From an uncultured Planctomycetota bacterium (lineage in GTDB: Bacteria > Planctomycetota > Planctomycetia > Isosphaerales > Isosphaeraceae): 64,000 bases of DNA. Positions 22,865 through 34,885 of the stretch are shown here, piece after piece (the first letter of the stretch is position 1; every line of letters begins with the position of its first letter). The position numbers and the translations under genes are program-made. The notes beneath the pieces are model-generated. The model was not told the DNA's origin. It was given only the letters and a program-made list of their open reading frames with translations, and made no database searches. The stretch covers positions 2,016,001-2,080,000 of the forward strand of contig CAWGMQ010000010.1 in assembly GCA_963823665.1 (NCBI GenBank). Direction: 5' to 3'.

Positions 22865-25800
22865 TCAATGGCGCACTGTTTCTGATTCACGTTCGAAACG
22901 TTCGCTGAGAGGTTGACTCGACTCGTCCTTGAGGAGTTTGCGCCCGCCGTCAATCTGGCCGAATAAATAATAAAGGCCGGGAATGATCAAGACTCCGATG
23001 ACCGTGCCGAGGAGCATGCCGCCGGCTCCCGTGGTGCCGATGGTTCGGTTGCCGATCGCCCCGGCTCCGGTGGCCACGACCAAGGGAAGGAGACCAGCGA
23101 TGAAGGCGAAGGAGGTCATCTGAATCGGCCGGAAGCGCAGTTTTGCACCTTCAACGGCCGCCTCATGGAGAGGCACGCCCTCCATCCGCCGTTGGACCGC
23201 GAATTCCACGATCAAGATCGCGTTCTTGCCGAGCAGACCGACCAGCATGACCAGACCAATCTGGGCGTACACGTCGTTAGTCAAACCCATGGCCTGCAAG
23301 AAGAAGAAAGAACCGAAAAGCCCGACAGGCAGCGACAGGATCACTGCCAGCGGCAGGATAAAGCTCTCGTATTGCCCGACCAGCACCAGATAGACGAAAG
23401 CGACGACGATGAGAAAGATGTAAATTGCCTCGTTCCCCTTTCTTGACTCGTCATAAGAGAGACCCGACCAGCCGATGTCGAAGCCGCGCGGCAGCGTCTT
23501 GGCGCCGACCTCCTTGATCGCCTGAATGGCTTGACCGGTGCTGTATCCAGCAGCCGGCGCGCATTGAATCGCGGCGGAGGTGTACAGGTTATACCGGGTG
23601 ATCCCATTCAAACCCTGCTTCGTTTCGCGAGTTATGAACGCGGAGTAGGGGACCATTTCCCCTTTGTCGTTCTTGACGAACAGGTAGTCCAGATCCTCTG
23701 GGTAGCGCCGGAACTCCGGCCGGGCCTGGACGAAGACCTTGTAGAACTGGTTGAAGAGAATGAATCCCTGCTCCCAGGTGCTGCCAATGAGGATGTTGAG
23801 ACTGTCCATCGCGTCCTTGATCGACACGCCCTTCTGCATGGCCTTGTCGTTGTCGATGATGAACTCGTACTGCGGGTAGTTGGCAGCGTAGAAGGTGAAC
23901 AGGTTCGTCACCTCCTTACGCTTTGCCAGCTCGGCCATGAACTTTTTGGTCTCGTTTTCGAGCCGCCGGTAATCAGCGGAGAATGTCTTGTCCAGGACGA
24001 GCATGGAGATACCCCCGGCGGTTCCAAAGCCGGGAACCGCGGGCGGTTCGAAGAACTCGAGCTTCACGTTGCTCAGCTTGCGGCATTTTTCTTCGAGATC
24101 CACAATGAGCTGGCGTGCGGTTCGCTTTCGCTCGTCCCAGGGTTTCAGGTTGATGATACAGGTACCCGAGTTCGAGCCGCGGCCTTCGGTCAGAACTTCA
24201 TAGCCGGCCAAACTTGTGACGGACGTGACTTCCTTGATATCCTTTGCGATCGCCTCGAGCTCCTGGGATTTGGCGTTGGTGTACTCGAGCGTGGAGCCTG
24301 GAGGCGTCTGGAGGACGGCGTAGATGATGCCCTGGTCCTCGCCCGGGATAAAACCCGTTGCGAGCTGCGTGTTGACAACAACGATGCCGGCGGCAAAGAC
24401 CCCGACGACGGCCATGGTCAGCGTGCGGCGCGTGGCGATGCGCCGGACGATCCCGGCATAACCGCCCGTGACCTTCTCGACGGCGCGGTCAAAAGGCTTC
24501 CGCACGAACGGCAAAAGAATGAGCAGGAAGCCAGCCGGCCCCCACAGCTCATACGCCAGATACGTTATTCCGCCCAGGACCAGCAACCCTCCGAGCGCAA
24601 AAAGCAGCCTGACTCCCAGTCCGCGCCGTCTTTCCCCGTTGTTCGTGTCGGTGTCAAGGCTCGTGTCGGTGTTACCGTCGGTGTGGCTCGTGTGGGAGTC
24701 AGTGCCGGTGTGGCTGTGGGGCTTCAAGATCATCGCACAGAGGACCGGCGTCAGCGTCAGGGCCACCAGACCGGACAGAATGATGGACGTGGCCATCGTG
24801 ATGCCAAACTGGCGGTAGAAGGTGCCGACCGCCCCGGGAATGAACGTCACCGGAACGAAGACGGATGTCATCACAAGCGTGATGGCAATGATCGCGCCGG
24901 AGATCTCGTGCACGACCTCCATGGTTGCCTGGTAGGGCGATAAGTGCTTCTGCGCCATCTTGGCATGCACCGCCTCGACCACCACGATCGCATCGTCGAC
25001 CACGACACCAATCGCGAGAACCATGGCGAAGAGTGTGATCAGGTTGATCGAGAGGCCCATCAACCGCAGGACAAAGAAGGTCCCGACCAGCGACACTGGA
25101 ACCGCGAGCGTCGGGATCAGCGTGGATCGTAAATCCCCCAGGAACATGTAGACCACGAGAGACACCAGGATGAACGCCTCGAGCAGGGTGTGCAGCACCT
25201 TTTCGATCGAGGCATCCAGAAACTTGGAGACGTCGTAGGCGAATTCGTAGTCCATCCCGGGAGGGAATGATTCCTTCTTGATCGCCTCGAGCTCCTTCTT
25301 GATTTCCTCGATCACCTCGGCGGCGTTGGAGCCGGGAGCCTGCTTGAGAACGATGGACGCCGCGGGATGTCCGTTGATGTCGGAGTAAATATCAAAGAAC
25401 TGGGGACCCAACTCCACCTCACCAATGTCCTTGAGCCGCAGGATTTCTCCTGAGGGATTTGCTTTTAAAACTGATGTTTTCATACTGCTCTGGCTTATTG
25501 AAGCGGCCGATATAGGTCAAAACGTACTCTTTTGATTGCGACGTCTTCCCTGTGGCCTGGCCGAGTCGTCCGGGCGAACCAATCACGCTCTGTTGCGACA
25601 GAGCCTTCATGACATCCTCGGAGGACACGTTGTAGGCCCGCATCCGCTCGGGATTGAGCCAAACCCGCATCGCAAAGATGCGGTTGCCGAGATTCCTGGG
25701 GATGCCCATGCCTTTGATCCGCTTGAGCCGGGGCATGACGTAGACGTTGGCAAAATTGAAAAGGTCTTTCTGGTCGGCCTTTGGATCCGTGCTGTAAATG

Positions 25801-26222
25801 TTCACGTACATCAGCATGCTCGGCACGACCTGGCTGACCAAGATCCCTTCCCGAACCACCAGGGGCGGGAGCTGGAACAGCACGATGTTGACCCGGTTTT
25901 GCACGTTCACGACATTGATGTTCGGGTTCGTGCCCGGCTCGAAGTAGATGATGATCGCCGCCTCGCCGGCACTGGAGGCGGAGGAGGTAATGAAGCGCAT
26001 GTTCTGAACGCCGTTGATGGATTGCTCGAGCGGAATCAGAACCGATTCGACCAGGACATTGGCGCTGGCGCCGGGATAAGAAATGGAAACCATGACAGTC
26101 GGCGGCGCGATGTCGGGGAACTGTGCGATTGGAAGGGTCTTGATCCCCAGCACGCCCAGGAACAAGAGGATGATTGAGATGACGATCGCGAATGCCGGCT
26201 GGTGGAGGATTTTCGTGAACAT
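22865..26222 (-). CDS. RND efflux permease (HAE1/AcrB-like), copy 1; 1-nt insertion at about 25471
   Basis: AQFPDIAPP, GVVVDDAIVVVE, GKNAILIVEFA and RFRPIQMTS. Confidence 0.93.
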
Positions 26223-26299
26223 GGTTTGGGGCCCATCTCGTTGTGTTGGGTGTCGCGAATGTCGGTGAGCGAAGGCGACTGGACTCGAGCCAGCGCCGA

Positions 26300-26510
26300 G
26301 CAATTCCAATGCGATCAAGCCACGGTTTGAAGGGCCTGCCATCGGTATCAAACCGATGGCGTGGTCGACCTTACTCGCCGACAGCCGGAAGGAACACTCG
26401 CGGCGAGACGCCACGATTTGCCGCCCGTTCAGCGCGCTCAGATCATCGAACTGGCCTGCTTGGAGCCCTTGGCCACGGGGCTGCGCATCACTCACTGGTC
26501 CAGTGAATAC
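26300..26510 (+). mobile_element. IS630-family transposase N-terminal remnant
   Basis: PPVQRAQIIELACLEPLATGLRITHWSSE resembles the IS630 HTH region; no DDE domain follows. Confidence 0.65.
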
Positions 26511-26605
26511 GCGTCAACCCGCGATCGGCTGGTGACGGGGCGCAAGGAACTCCATGCAACGAAGTTGCCGAGCGGCAAGACGGACGACGATTCCAGACTT
26601 GTTTC

Positions 26606-27043
26606 TCAGAAGCGTCTATTCATCAAACCCTGAAGCGCGAGAGAAGGGAGGAAACGTGCCCGAGCTGAGTCGTGACTGGAGAATTCGCCGAGAGGGATGA
26701 GATTTGTTCCGGCAAAGGCTGGAGGGTGGCCGGGATTCTCGTCGAAGGGGTCCGGATCCTCGGTCTCCACACAAACGAGGAAGTCACGCGCCAGAGCCTG
26801 AGGTTTGTGCGAAGTGCCAGTATTGTGAGACCGCAAGACAACGCGACCGGAAACATCAACGCTGGGCAACGAGCCAGTCAGAAGAGAACTTGAAAATTGA
26901 GGGAAGTCAGAAACGGAACGAATCGTGAAGGAATTGAAGTACGGTTGAAAGACAATACAAGCACCGAGTACAGCCAGAACGCGTACTGGCTGGCATCGAA
27001 TCTCCGCTTTACCAACAGTTTGGATTGTTGGCGTGCATGACAT
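26606..27043 (-). CDS. Possible small hypothetical protein (hydrophobic segment plus acidic patch)
   Basis: 145-aa frame with VRVLAVLGACIVF and VETEDPDPFDENP; similar layout to 32303-32668. Confidence 0.3.
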   Translation of the reverse strand: MSCTPTIQTVGKAEIRCQPVRVLAVLGACIVFQPYFNSFTIRSVSDFPQFSSSLLTGSLPSVDVSGRVVLRSHNTGTSHKPQALARDFLVCVETEDPDPFDENPGHPPAFAGTNLIPLGEFSSHDSARARFLPSLALQGLMNRRF

Positions 27044-27149
27044 TCGGTGCCGTGCCCCACGAAAGAATCTGGAATCGCGGTGCATATCCTTTCTCCCGGG
27101 AATTCCAAAGGACGCCAGAAAGAGCAGCATGCTCCAAATGATCACTTGA

Positions 27150-30100
27150 TCAATGGCGCACTGTTTCTGATTCACGTTCGGAAACGTCTCGCTGAGAGGT
27201 TGACTCGACTCGTCCTTGAGGAGTTTGCGCCCGCCGTCAATCTGGCCGAATAAATAATAAAGGCCGGGAATGATCAAGACTCCGATGACCGTGCCGACGA
27301 GCATGCCGCCGGCTCCCGTGGTGCCGATGGTTCGGTTGCCGATCGCCCCGGCGCCGGTGGCCACGACCAAGCGGAAGGAGACCAGCGATGAAGGCGAAGG
27401 AGGTCATCTGAATCGGCCGGAAGCGCAGTTTTGCGCCTTCGACGGCCGCCTCGTGGAGCGACACGCCCTCCATCCGCCGTTGGACCGCGAATTCCACGAT
27501 CAAGATCGCGTTCTTGCCGAGCAGACCGACCAGCATGACCAGACCAATCTGGGCGTACACGTCGTTAGCCAAACCCATGGCCTGCAGGAAGAAGAAAGAA
27601 CCGAAAAGCCCGATCGGCAGCGACAGGATTACCGCCAGCGGCAGGATAAAGCTTTCGTATTGCCCGACCAGCACCAGATAGACGAAGGCGACGACGATGA
27701 GGAAGATATAAATTGCCTCGTTCCCCTTTTTTGACTCGTCATAAGAGAGACCCGACCAGCCGATGTCGAAACCGCGTTGCAGCGTCTTGGCGCCGACCTC
27801 CTTGATCGCCTGGATCGCTTGACCGGTGCTGTATCCAGCAGCCGGCGCTAATTGAATCGCGGCGGAGGTGTACAGGTTATACCGGGTGATCTCATTCAAA
27901 CCCTGCTTCTTCACGCGCGTCATGAACGCGGAGTAGGGGACCATTTCCCCTTTGTCGTTCTTGACGAACAGGTTGTCCAGATCCTCTGGGTAGCGCCGGA
28001 ACTCCGGCTTGGCCTGGACGAAGACCTTGTAGAACTGGTTGAAACGAATGAATCCCTGCTCCCAGGTGCTGCCGATGAGAATGTTGAGGCTGTCCATCGC
28101 GTGCCTTGATCGACACGCCCTTCTGCATGGCCACGTCGTTGTTGATGACCAGCTCGTACTGCGGGTAGTTGGCGGCGTAGAAGGTGAACAGGTTCGTCAC
28201 CTCCTTACGCTTTGCCAGCTCGGCCATGAACTTTTTGGTCACGTCTTCGAGCCGCTGGTAATCAGCGGAGAATGTCTTGTCGAGGACTAGCATGGAGATA
28301 CCCCCGGCGGTGCCAAAGCCGGGAACTGCGGGCGGTTCAAAGAACTCGAGCTTCACGTTGCTCAGCTTGCGGCATTTTTCTTCGAGTTCCACGATGAGCT
28401 GGCGTGCGGTTCGCTTGCGCTCGTCCCAGGGTTTCAGGTTGATGATACAGGTACCCGAGTTCGAGCCGCGGCCTTCGGTCAGAACCTCATAGCCGGCCAA
28501 ACATGTGACGGAGGTGACTTCCTTGATCTCCTTTGCGATCTCCTCGAGCTCCAGGGATTTGGCGTTGGTGTACTCGAGCGTGGATCCTGGAGGTGTCTGG
28601 AGGACGGCGTAGATGATGCCCTGGTCCTCGCCCGGGATAAAACCCGTCGCGAGCTGCGTGTTGACAACCACGATTCCGGCGGCAAAGCCCCCGACGACGG
28701 TCATGGTCAGCGTGCGGCGCGTGGCGATGCGCCGAACGATCGCGGCATAACCGCCCGTCACTTTCTCGACGGCGCGGTCAAAAGGCTTCCGCACGAAGGG
28801 CAGAAGAATGAGCAGAAAGCCAGCCGGCCCCCACAACTCGTACGCCTCATACGTTACTCCGCCCAGGACCGCCAGCCCTCCGAGCGCAAAAAGCAGCCTG
28901 ACTCCCAGTCCCCGCCGCTTTGCCCCGTTGTTTGTGTCCGCGTCAGGGATCGTGTGGGTGTTACCGTTACCATTACCGTCGTTGTGGTTCGTGTCGGAGT
29001 CAGTGCCGGGGTGGCTGTGGGGCTTCAAGATCATCGCACAGAGGACGGGCGTCAGCGTCAGTGCCACCAGACCGGAAAGAATGATGGACGTGGCCATCGT
29101 GATCCCGAACTGGCGGTAGAAGGTGCCGACCGCCCCGGGAATGAACGTCACCGGAACGAAGACGGACGTCATCACAAGCGTGATGGCAATGATCGCGCCG
29201 GAGATCTCTTGCATGACCTCCGCGGTCGCCCGGTAGGGCGATAAGTGCTTCTGGGCCATCTTGGCATGCACCGCCTCGACCACCACGATCGCATCGTCGA
29301 CCACGACACCAATCGCGAGAACCATGGCGAAGAGTGTGATCAGGTTGATCGAGAGGCCCATCAACCGCAGGACAAAGAAGGTCCCGACCAGCGACACTGG
29401 AACCGCGAGTGTCGGGATCAGCGTGGATCGTAAATCCCCCAGGAACATGTAGACCACGAGAGACACCAAGATGAACGCCTCGAGCAGGGTGTGCAGCACC
29501 TTGTCGATCGAGGCTTCCAGAAATTTGGAGACGTCGTAGGCGAATTCGTAATCCATCCCGGGAGGGAATGATTCCTTCTTGATCAGATCGAGCTCGGTCT
29601 TGATTGCATCGATCACCTCGGCGGCGTTGGAGCCGGGAGCCTGCTTGAGAACGACGGACGCCGCGGGATGCCCGTTGATGTCGGAGTAAATATCAAAGAA
29701 CTGGGGACCCAACTCCACCTCGCCAACGTCCCTGAGCCGCAGGATCTCCCCAGAGGGATTTGCTTTTAGAATGATGTTTGCATACTGGTCTGGCTTGTTG
29801 AAGCGGCCGATATAGGTCAAAACGTACTCTTTTGATTGCGACGTCTTCCCTGTGGCCTGGCCGAGTCGTCCCGGCGAACCAATCATGCTCTGTGACGACA
29901 GAGCCTTCATGACATCCTCGGTGGACACGTTGTAGGCCCGCATCCGCTCGGGATTGAGCCAAACCCGCATGGCAAAGATGCGGTTGCCGAGATTCCTGGG
30001 GATGCCCATGCCTTTGATCCGCTTGAGCCGGGGCATGACGTAGACGTTGGCAAAATTGAAAAGGTCTTTCTGGTCGGCGTTGGGATCCGTGCTGTAAATG

Positions 30101-30522
30101 TTCACGTACATCAGCATGCTCGGCACGACCTGGCTGACCAAGATCCCCTCCCGCACCACCAGGGGCGGGAGCTGAAACAGCACGATGTTGACCCGGTTTT
30201 GCACGTTCACGACATTGATGTTCGGGTCCGTGCCCGGCTCGAAGTAGATGATGATCGCCGCCTCACCGGCACTGGTCGCGGAGGAGGAAATGAAACGCAT
30301 GTTCTGGACGCCGTTGATGGATTGTTCCAACGGAATCAGAACCGATTCGACCAGGACATTGGCGCTGGCGCCGGGATAAGAAATGGAAACCATGACGGTC
30401 GGCGGCGCAATGTCGGGGAACTGTGCGATCGGCAGGGTCCTGATCCCCAGCACGCCCAGGAATAAGAGGATGATCGAGATCACGATCGCGAATGCCGGCC
30501 GATGGAGGATTCTCGTGAACAT
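27150..30522 (-). CDS. RND efflux permease, copy 2; extra bases at about 28103, 27372, 27188 and 27181
   Basis: Closely similar in DNA to copy 1; alignment of the two copies restores the frame and puts the stop at 27150-27152. Confidence 0.92.
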
Positions 30523-30573
30523 GATTCGGGAACAACCTCTCTGTGTACGGTGTCTCGAATGCCGGTGAGCGTT

Positions 30574-31917
30574 CTATTCCGCGCGGAATTTTTGGTTCTT
30601 GAGGGCATCTTCCGGCTTGACGAACTCGTATTCGACCTTTGCGCCTTGCTCAATCTGCCGAGTCCCTTCCAGAACGATCTTGTCTCCCACGCTCAGTCCG
30701 CTCTCGATGACAAAACGGTCCTCCAGCTCGTGCTTGATGGTAATCAGGGTCTGATGCGCCACGTCATCCTTGTCGAGAAGCCAGACGTATCGATTGTCGA
30801 GGATCTCAAACGTCGCCCGCTGTGGAATGACGATCGCATTCTTGAGCTTCCGTTTGATCAGCATGGTGCCGGTCTGACCGTGACGCAAGAGGCCATCTGG
30901 ATTGGGAAAATCCGCGCGGAAGGGGATGTTCCCGGTCTCGTTGTTGAATTGGCCCTCGATCGTGATCTTGATGCCGTCGTGCTTGAACTTGGCGCCGCTG
31001 GCCAGCACGAGCTCGAGTTTTTCCTCCGCCTGATGCTGCGCCCGGTGTTCCATGTATTCGAGGTATTGTCTCTCGGGTACGTTAAAATAAACCCACATTA
31101 CGGCGTTATCGGACAAGGTCGTGAGGATGTCACCCTCCTTGACCAGGCTGCCCTTCTGCTCTTTCAGCGTGTTGACGATGCCGTCGAAACGTGCAGTGAC
31201 CTTGGTAAAGTCGAATTCGGCCTTCGCCAGGTCCGCGTTGGCCTGGGCCCTTGCCAGTTTGGCCTCGTACAGTTTCACCTCATTCAGAGAGACACCTTGT
31301 CTCTGGGCCAACCTCTTGGTGTTATTCAACTCCAGTTGCGCGAGGTCTCTCTCGGCCACCGCGGCGTCCCACCTTGCCTTGTAAAGAGTGGGCACAACCT
31401 CGAAGAGCACGTCGCCCTCTTTCACCGCCTGGCCTTCCTGGAGCTTGATGGGCATGAGATACCCGTCCTCGAGCGCACAGACATCGATGTGATTCCGCGA
31501 GTGGATCTGACAGACAAACGCCTGCGTGATGGTTTCCTCCTTTGCCATCGGGCTGGTGACCGTGATCTGATGGTCCTCGTGGGAGCCCTCCGCGCCTGAG
31601 TGCTTGTGAAAATACTTCTCGTACTGGTTGATGATGCGTGCGGAGAGGGTATCAAGATGCGCGTAAAGCTTGGGAGTATTCAGTGCGGGGATCTCGACAC
31701 GCATCTTGTACAGGCCGAAGACCACGCCGCAGAACACGACGGCGAGCAGCATCAAGATGCCCACCAGCCGTCCCATGATGGACTTATTGGGTTCAGCATT
31801 CTCATTGGGCTCAGCATGATCATTGAGAGGTTGGTCGATGGACGAGCCGTTGAGCGCACTCGATCGATCATCGACCAACGGCTCAGTGACCATGCTGGAC
31901 TGCGTAACCGGATTCAC
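30574..31917 (-). CDS. RND periplasmic adaptor (MFP)
   Basis: N-terminal TM, EGQAVKEGDVLF lipoyl-like motif, ETGNIPFRADFPNPDGLLRHGQTG and IPQRAT. Confidence 0.92.
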   Translation of the reverse strand: MNPVTQSSMVTEPLVDDRSSALNGSSIDQPLNDHAEPNENAEPNKSIMGRLVGILMLLAVVFCGVVFGLYKMRVEIPALNTPKLYAHLDTLSARIINQYEKYFHKHSGAEGSHEDHQITVTSPMAKEETITQAFVCQIHSRNHIDVCALEDGYLMPIKLQEGQAVKEGDVLFEVVPTLYKARWDAAVAERDLAQLELNNTKRLAQRQGVSLNEVKLYEAKLARAQANADLAKAEFDFTKVTARFDGIVNTLKEQKGSLVKEGDILTTLSDNAVMWVYFNVPERQYLEYMEHRAQHQAEEKLELVLASGAKFKHDGIKITIEGQFNNETGNIPFRADFPNPDGLLRHGQTGTMLIKRKLKNAIVIPQRATFEILDNRYVWLLDKDDVAHQTLITIKHELEDRFVIESGLSVGDKIVLEGTRQIEQGAKVEYEFVKPEDALKNQKFRAE

Positions 31918-32302
31918 TGTAGGGCTCCTGTTCGACGCTTCACGACTCGACTCTTATCCGATCACTTGGGCAAGGACACAAGGTGTGGATTGAAGGGACT
32001 CGAGAAAGTATTGGCCGCGATCCGACTCGGTTTGAAGCCGGAGAGGGTGAATTGGCGGCGGACGGCGTGCGGGATGATCTCCCTCCCGACCAAGTCGTAA
32101 ACGATCGATCGCGGGCGTCGGCGTCGCGCCGAACCGACGACCAAGAGGGACGTCGAGCCCAAGACATGGGCATTGGAGAGGAGGAACGGTTTGGCCGAGT
32201 CGGCGATGTCGATTGCACGCCATCCCCCCAAGCCGAGGTTTGGACGACGCGTGAAGAACCGGCGACATATCAGCCGGTAATCAGGCGTCCCGGAGCGGAT
32301 GA

Positions 32303-32668
32303 TCAACAGCGGAGGGGGTAGAGGGTCAGGATCGACCGGGGAACGATCAACTGGCGATCGGGGACTTTGCAGAAGGAACACGGGATCAGGAACGAAACTC
32401 GAGGCTCGTCCAGAGGATCGGCCCGATCCTGCTCTTCGTTCTCGGAAGGAAGGGCGTTTACCTGGAGGACGGCGTAGGTGGCCATCGGTGCGCTGAGACG
32501 GGTCGTAGGCTCGCCCGGGGGTAGGGCGATATTGCGGGGGGGGCAATCGGGTCGGGCCGAGACCAAGACGAAACGAGAAGTCCGAATAGGCGCAACCAGC
32601 ACCGACGCCAGCAGCGCCAGCGAGGATATAAGCCAGAGCATCCAGACGAGACTTCTACGGTCGGGCAT
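32303..32668 (-). CDS. Small exported or membrane protein ending LRC, upstream of the MFP
   Basis: Signal-like LVWMLWLISSLALLASVLVA, acidic SENEEQDRADPLDEP, C-terminal LYPLRC. Confidence 0.5.
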   Translation of the reverse strand: MPDRRSLVWMLWLISSLALLASVLVAPIRTSRFVLVSARPDCPPRNIALPPGEPTTRLSAPMATYAVLQVNALPSENEEQDRADPLDEPRVSFLIPCSFCKVPDRQLIVPRSILTLYPLRC

Positions 32669-32998
32669 GGCCCCTCGCTTCTCGAACGTCGTGATTCGAG
32701 GCTCGCAGTCGTCCGGCGAGATGGCTTTCTACCAGATCGCTTCGCGAATTCTCTGGCTGCCCGGGTGAAGCACACAGCCTCGCACCAAAAACTCCTTCGA
32801 CGTGCGAGGAAACCCCCATATTCCGGACAAACAATACACGACATCCAAGTCCTAGAATTTATAGCTTCGCTATCGCCGGAAGTCAAGAGACGGCCGTTGG
32901 TTGTTCGAGACATGGCAACCGGTGCAAGGTGCGTATTCCCTGGTGACTGCGCCCACGCTCACGTGCACCTGTGGGTCACAGAAGAGCTTGCCAGGCGG

Positions 32999-34885
32999 TC
33001 ACTTGCCCGTCATCGCCGGCTCTGGCCACGCCGCTGGTGGGTTGATGCCGCCGGCGGCTCTGACGGCGGCGTCTTCGGTCGGCTTCTGGCTGAACGGGCC
33101 AGGCACGCCTGCGGGTGGCGGCACGGGCAGGGGGGGGGCGGTCGCCGGTTCGCCGGCGGGCACGGTATCGGGGACGGGTGCGGCAGGCGCGGGGACCTCC
33201 TGGATCAGGGCCGGGTCGAGCTGATTGACCGGCGGGATGATGATCTTGTCGCCGACCTTCAGGCGGTCGAGGCCGGGAACGGCATCCTTGTTGGCTGCCC
33301 AGAGGGCCTTGCCATACCGGCTCGACCGGTAGTAGAGCAGGGCGATCGTCCAGAAGTTCTCGCCGTTGCGGACCGTGTGGATGTACGGGAATTTACCTTG
33401 AAAGTCTGGAGGAATTGCAATCGTGTACACACCGCCGCCCAGGGCTTGATAGGTATTCACGACGGCAGAGAGTTGCTCCGTCTTGGTGTCGATCATGACC
33501 ACTCTCGCATCCCTCAAGTCACGCTGGCTGAAGAGCACGTCGATGTATTCGATGCGGGCATTCTGAAAAAGATCCTCGGCGTACTGGACTGCGTTCTCGA
33601 GCGTTTTCAACTGCTGCCTCTTGATCTCGATGCTCTTGCTGTAGTTCTCCACCATGGTCATGCGGTTGATAACCTGGGTGAAGGCCTCGAGGATAACGCG
33701 CTGGTATTTGTAGATGGCCTGCAATTGCGTGGCGTTCGCGGTGAGGTACATGGCCCTGATCGCTCTCTTGTTGACGAGCGGCCCGACCAGGCCACCGGCG
33801 ATATCGCCAATCACGGCATTCGGCTCGAAGAGATGATTCAGAATCAAGGACTGGAGGCCAACGCCGCCGCTGATCACCAGTTGAGGAAAGAAGTTGACCC
33901 GGGCGACCTTGACGTCGAGCCCGGTAGCCGCCAGCTCGCGCTCGGCCTGGCGGATATCGGGTCGGTTCTGGAGGAGCTGCGAGGGCACTCCTACGGCCAG
34001 CGGATGAATTTCCAGCTCGTAGAATCGCGTAGAATCGCGTTCGACACGCTGCGGGTAGCGATTGACGAGGAAGTTGATCCGGTTTTCGCCCTGGATGATC
34101 GACTGATTGATGATCAGCTTTTCGCTGTAGTTCCTTTGAAGCTCGGCCTGGAACCGCAGGACGCCCAGCTCGGTGCTGCGGGCGGCTTCCTTCCTGGCCT
34201 TGGCAATCTCGAGGCTTCGCGTCTGAAGCTCGATGATTTGATCCAGGTTCTCAAGCCGTTTGTCGAGCCCCATGAGCCTGTAAAAATTCTCGGCAATCTC
34301 TGCGACCATGGTGGTCACGAAGTAGTTCCGCTTCTCACTGGCGACGACGTAGCGCTGGGCCGCCGCGTCCCTGGCATTCCGCAGTTGCCGGTAGATGTCA
34401 AGCTGCCAGGTGAGGTTGACGCCCGTCGCGAAATTCCCCGACGGATTGGTAAAGTGCTTCCCGGGTAGATACTCGTCGTCGAGAATTCCGGCTCCTTCTT
34501 CGGTGAAGCGGCTGTATCGGTTCAGCCCCGAGCTGGCCGCGACGCTGACGAAGGGAAGATACGCCCCTGATCGCGCCAGAACTTCGTTGCCGGCGATCTG
34601 GACGTCCTCATTCAGGACCTTCAGCTCCCGATTTTCGACCAGCGCCTTTTCGATCAACATTGTAAGCATGCGATCGTTGTAAAACTGTTCGATCCCGAGC
34701 TGACCTGAGTTATCCGGGCTGGTCGCACCATTATAGTCTGTCGGCAGGCCCGGTCCCGGCTCCGGATTACGGAGAGGGGGGATTCCACAGGACGGCAGAA
34801 CCAGCAGCATGATGCTGCAAGCGATCGCTCGCGCAATCACGAGCTTCATCTGCTTTGCGTTCGAAGACCTCACGCGCTGATGCAT
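32999..34885 (-). CDS. TolC/OprM family outer membrane factor lipoprotein with C-terminal LysM domain
   Basis: Lipobox LPSC, WQLDI, LLQNRPDIRQAE and YQALGGG; then HTVRNGENFWTIA...LKVGDKIIIP and a Pro-rich tail. Confidence 0.9.
   Translation of the reverse strand: MHQRVRSSNAKQMKLVIARAIACSIMLLVLPSCGIPPLRNPEPGPGLPTDYNGATSPDNSGQLGIEQFYNDRMLTMLIEKALVENRELKVLNEDVQIAGNEVLARSGAYLPFVSVAASSGLNRYSRFTEEGAGILDDEYLPGKHFTNPSGNFATGVNLTWQLDIYRQLRNARDAAAQRYVVASEKRNYFVTTMVAEIAENFYRLMGLDKRLENLDQIIELQTRSLEIAKARKEAARSTELGVLRFQAELQRNYSEKLIINQSIIQGENRINFLVNRYPQRVERDSTRFYELEIHPLAVGVPSQLLQNRPDIRQAERELAATGLDVKVARVNFFPQLVISGGVGLQSLILNHLFEPNAVIGDIAGGLVGPLVNKRAIRAMYLTANATQLQAIYKYQRVILEAFTQVINRMTMVENYSKSIEIKRQQLKTLENAVQYAEDLFQNARIEYIDVLFSQRDLRDARVVMIDTKTEQLSAVVNTYQALGGGVYTIAIPPDFQGKFPYIHTVRNGENFWTIALLYYRSSRYGKALWAANKDAVPGLDRLKVGDKIIIPPVNQLDPALIQEVPAPAAPVPDTVPAGEPATAPPLPVPPPAGVPGPFSQKPTEDAAVRAAGGINPPAAWPEPAMTGK

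Noticed and set aside
31940..32290. Short ORFs between the LRC-ending ORF and the MFP
   Set aside because: No motifs or convincing start; probably an untranslated leader.
32765..34468. 567-aa plus-strand ORF
   Set aside because: Antisense shadow of the TolC-LysM gene with no recognisable motifs.
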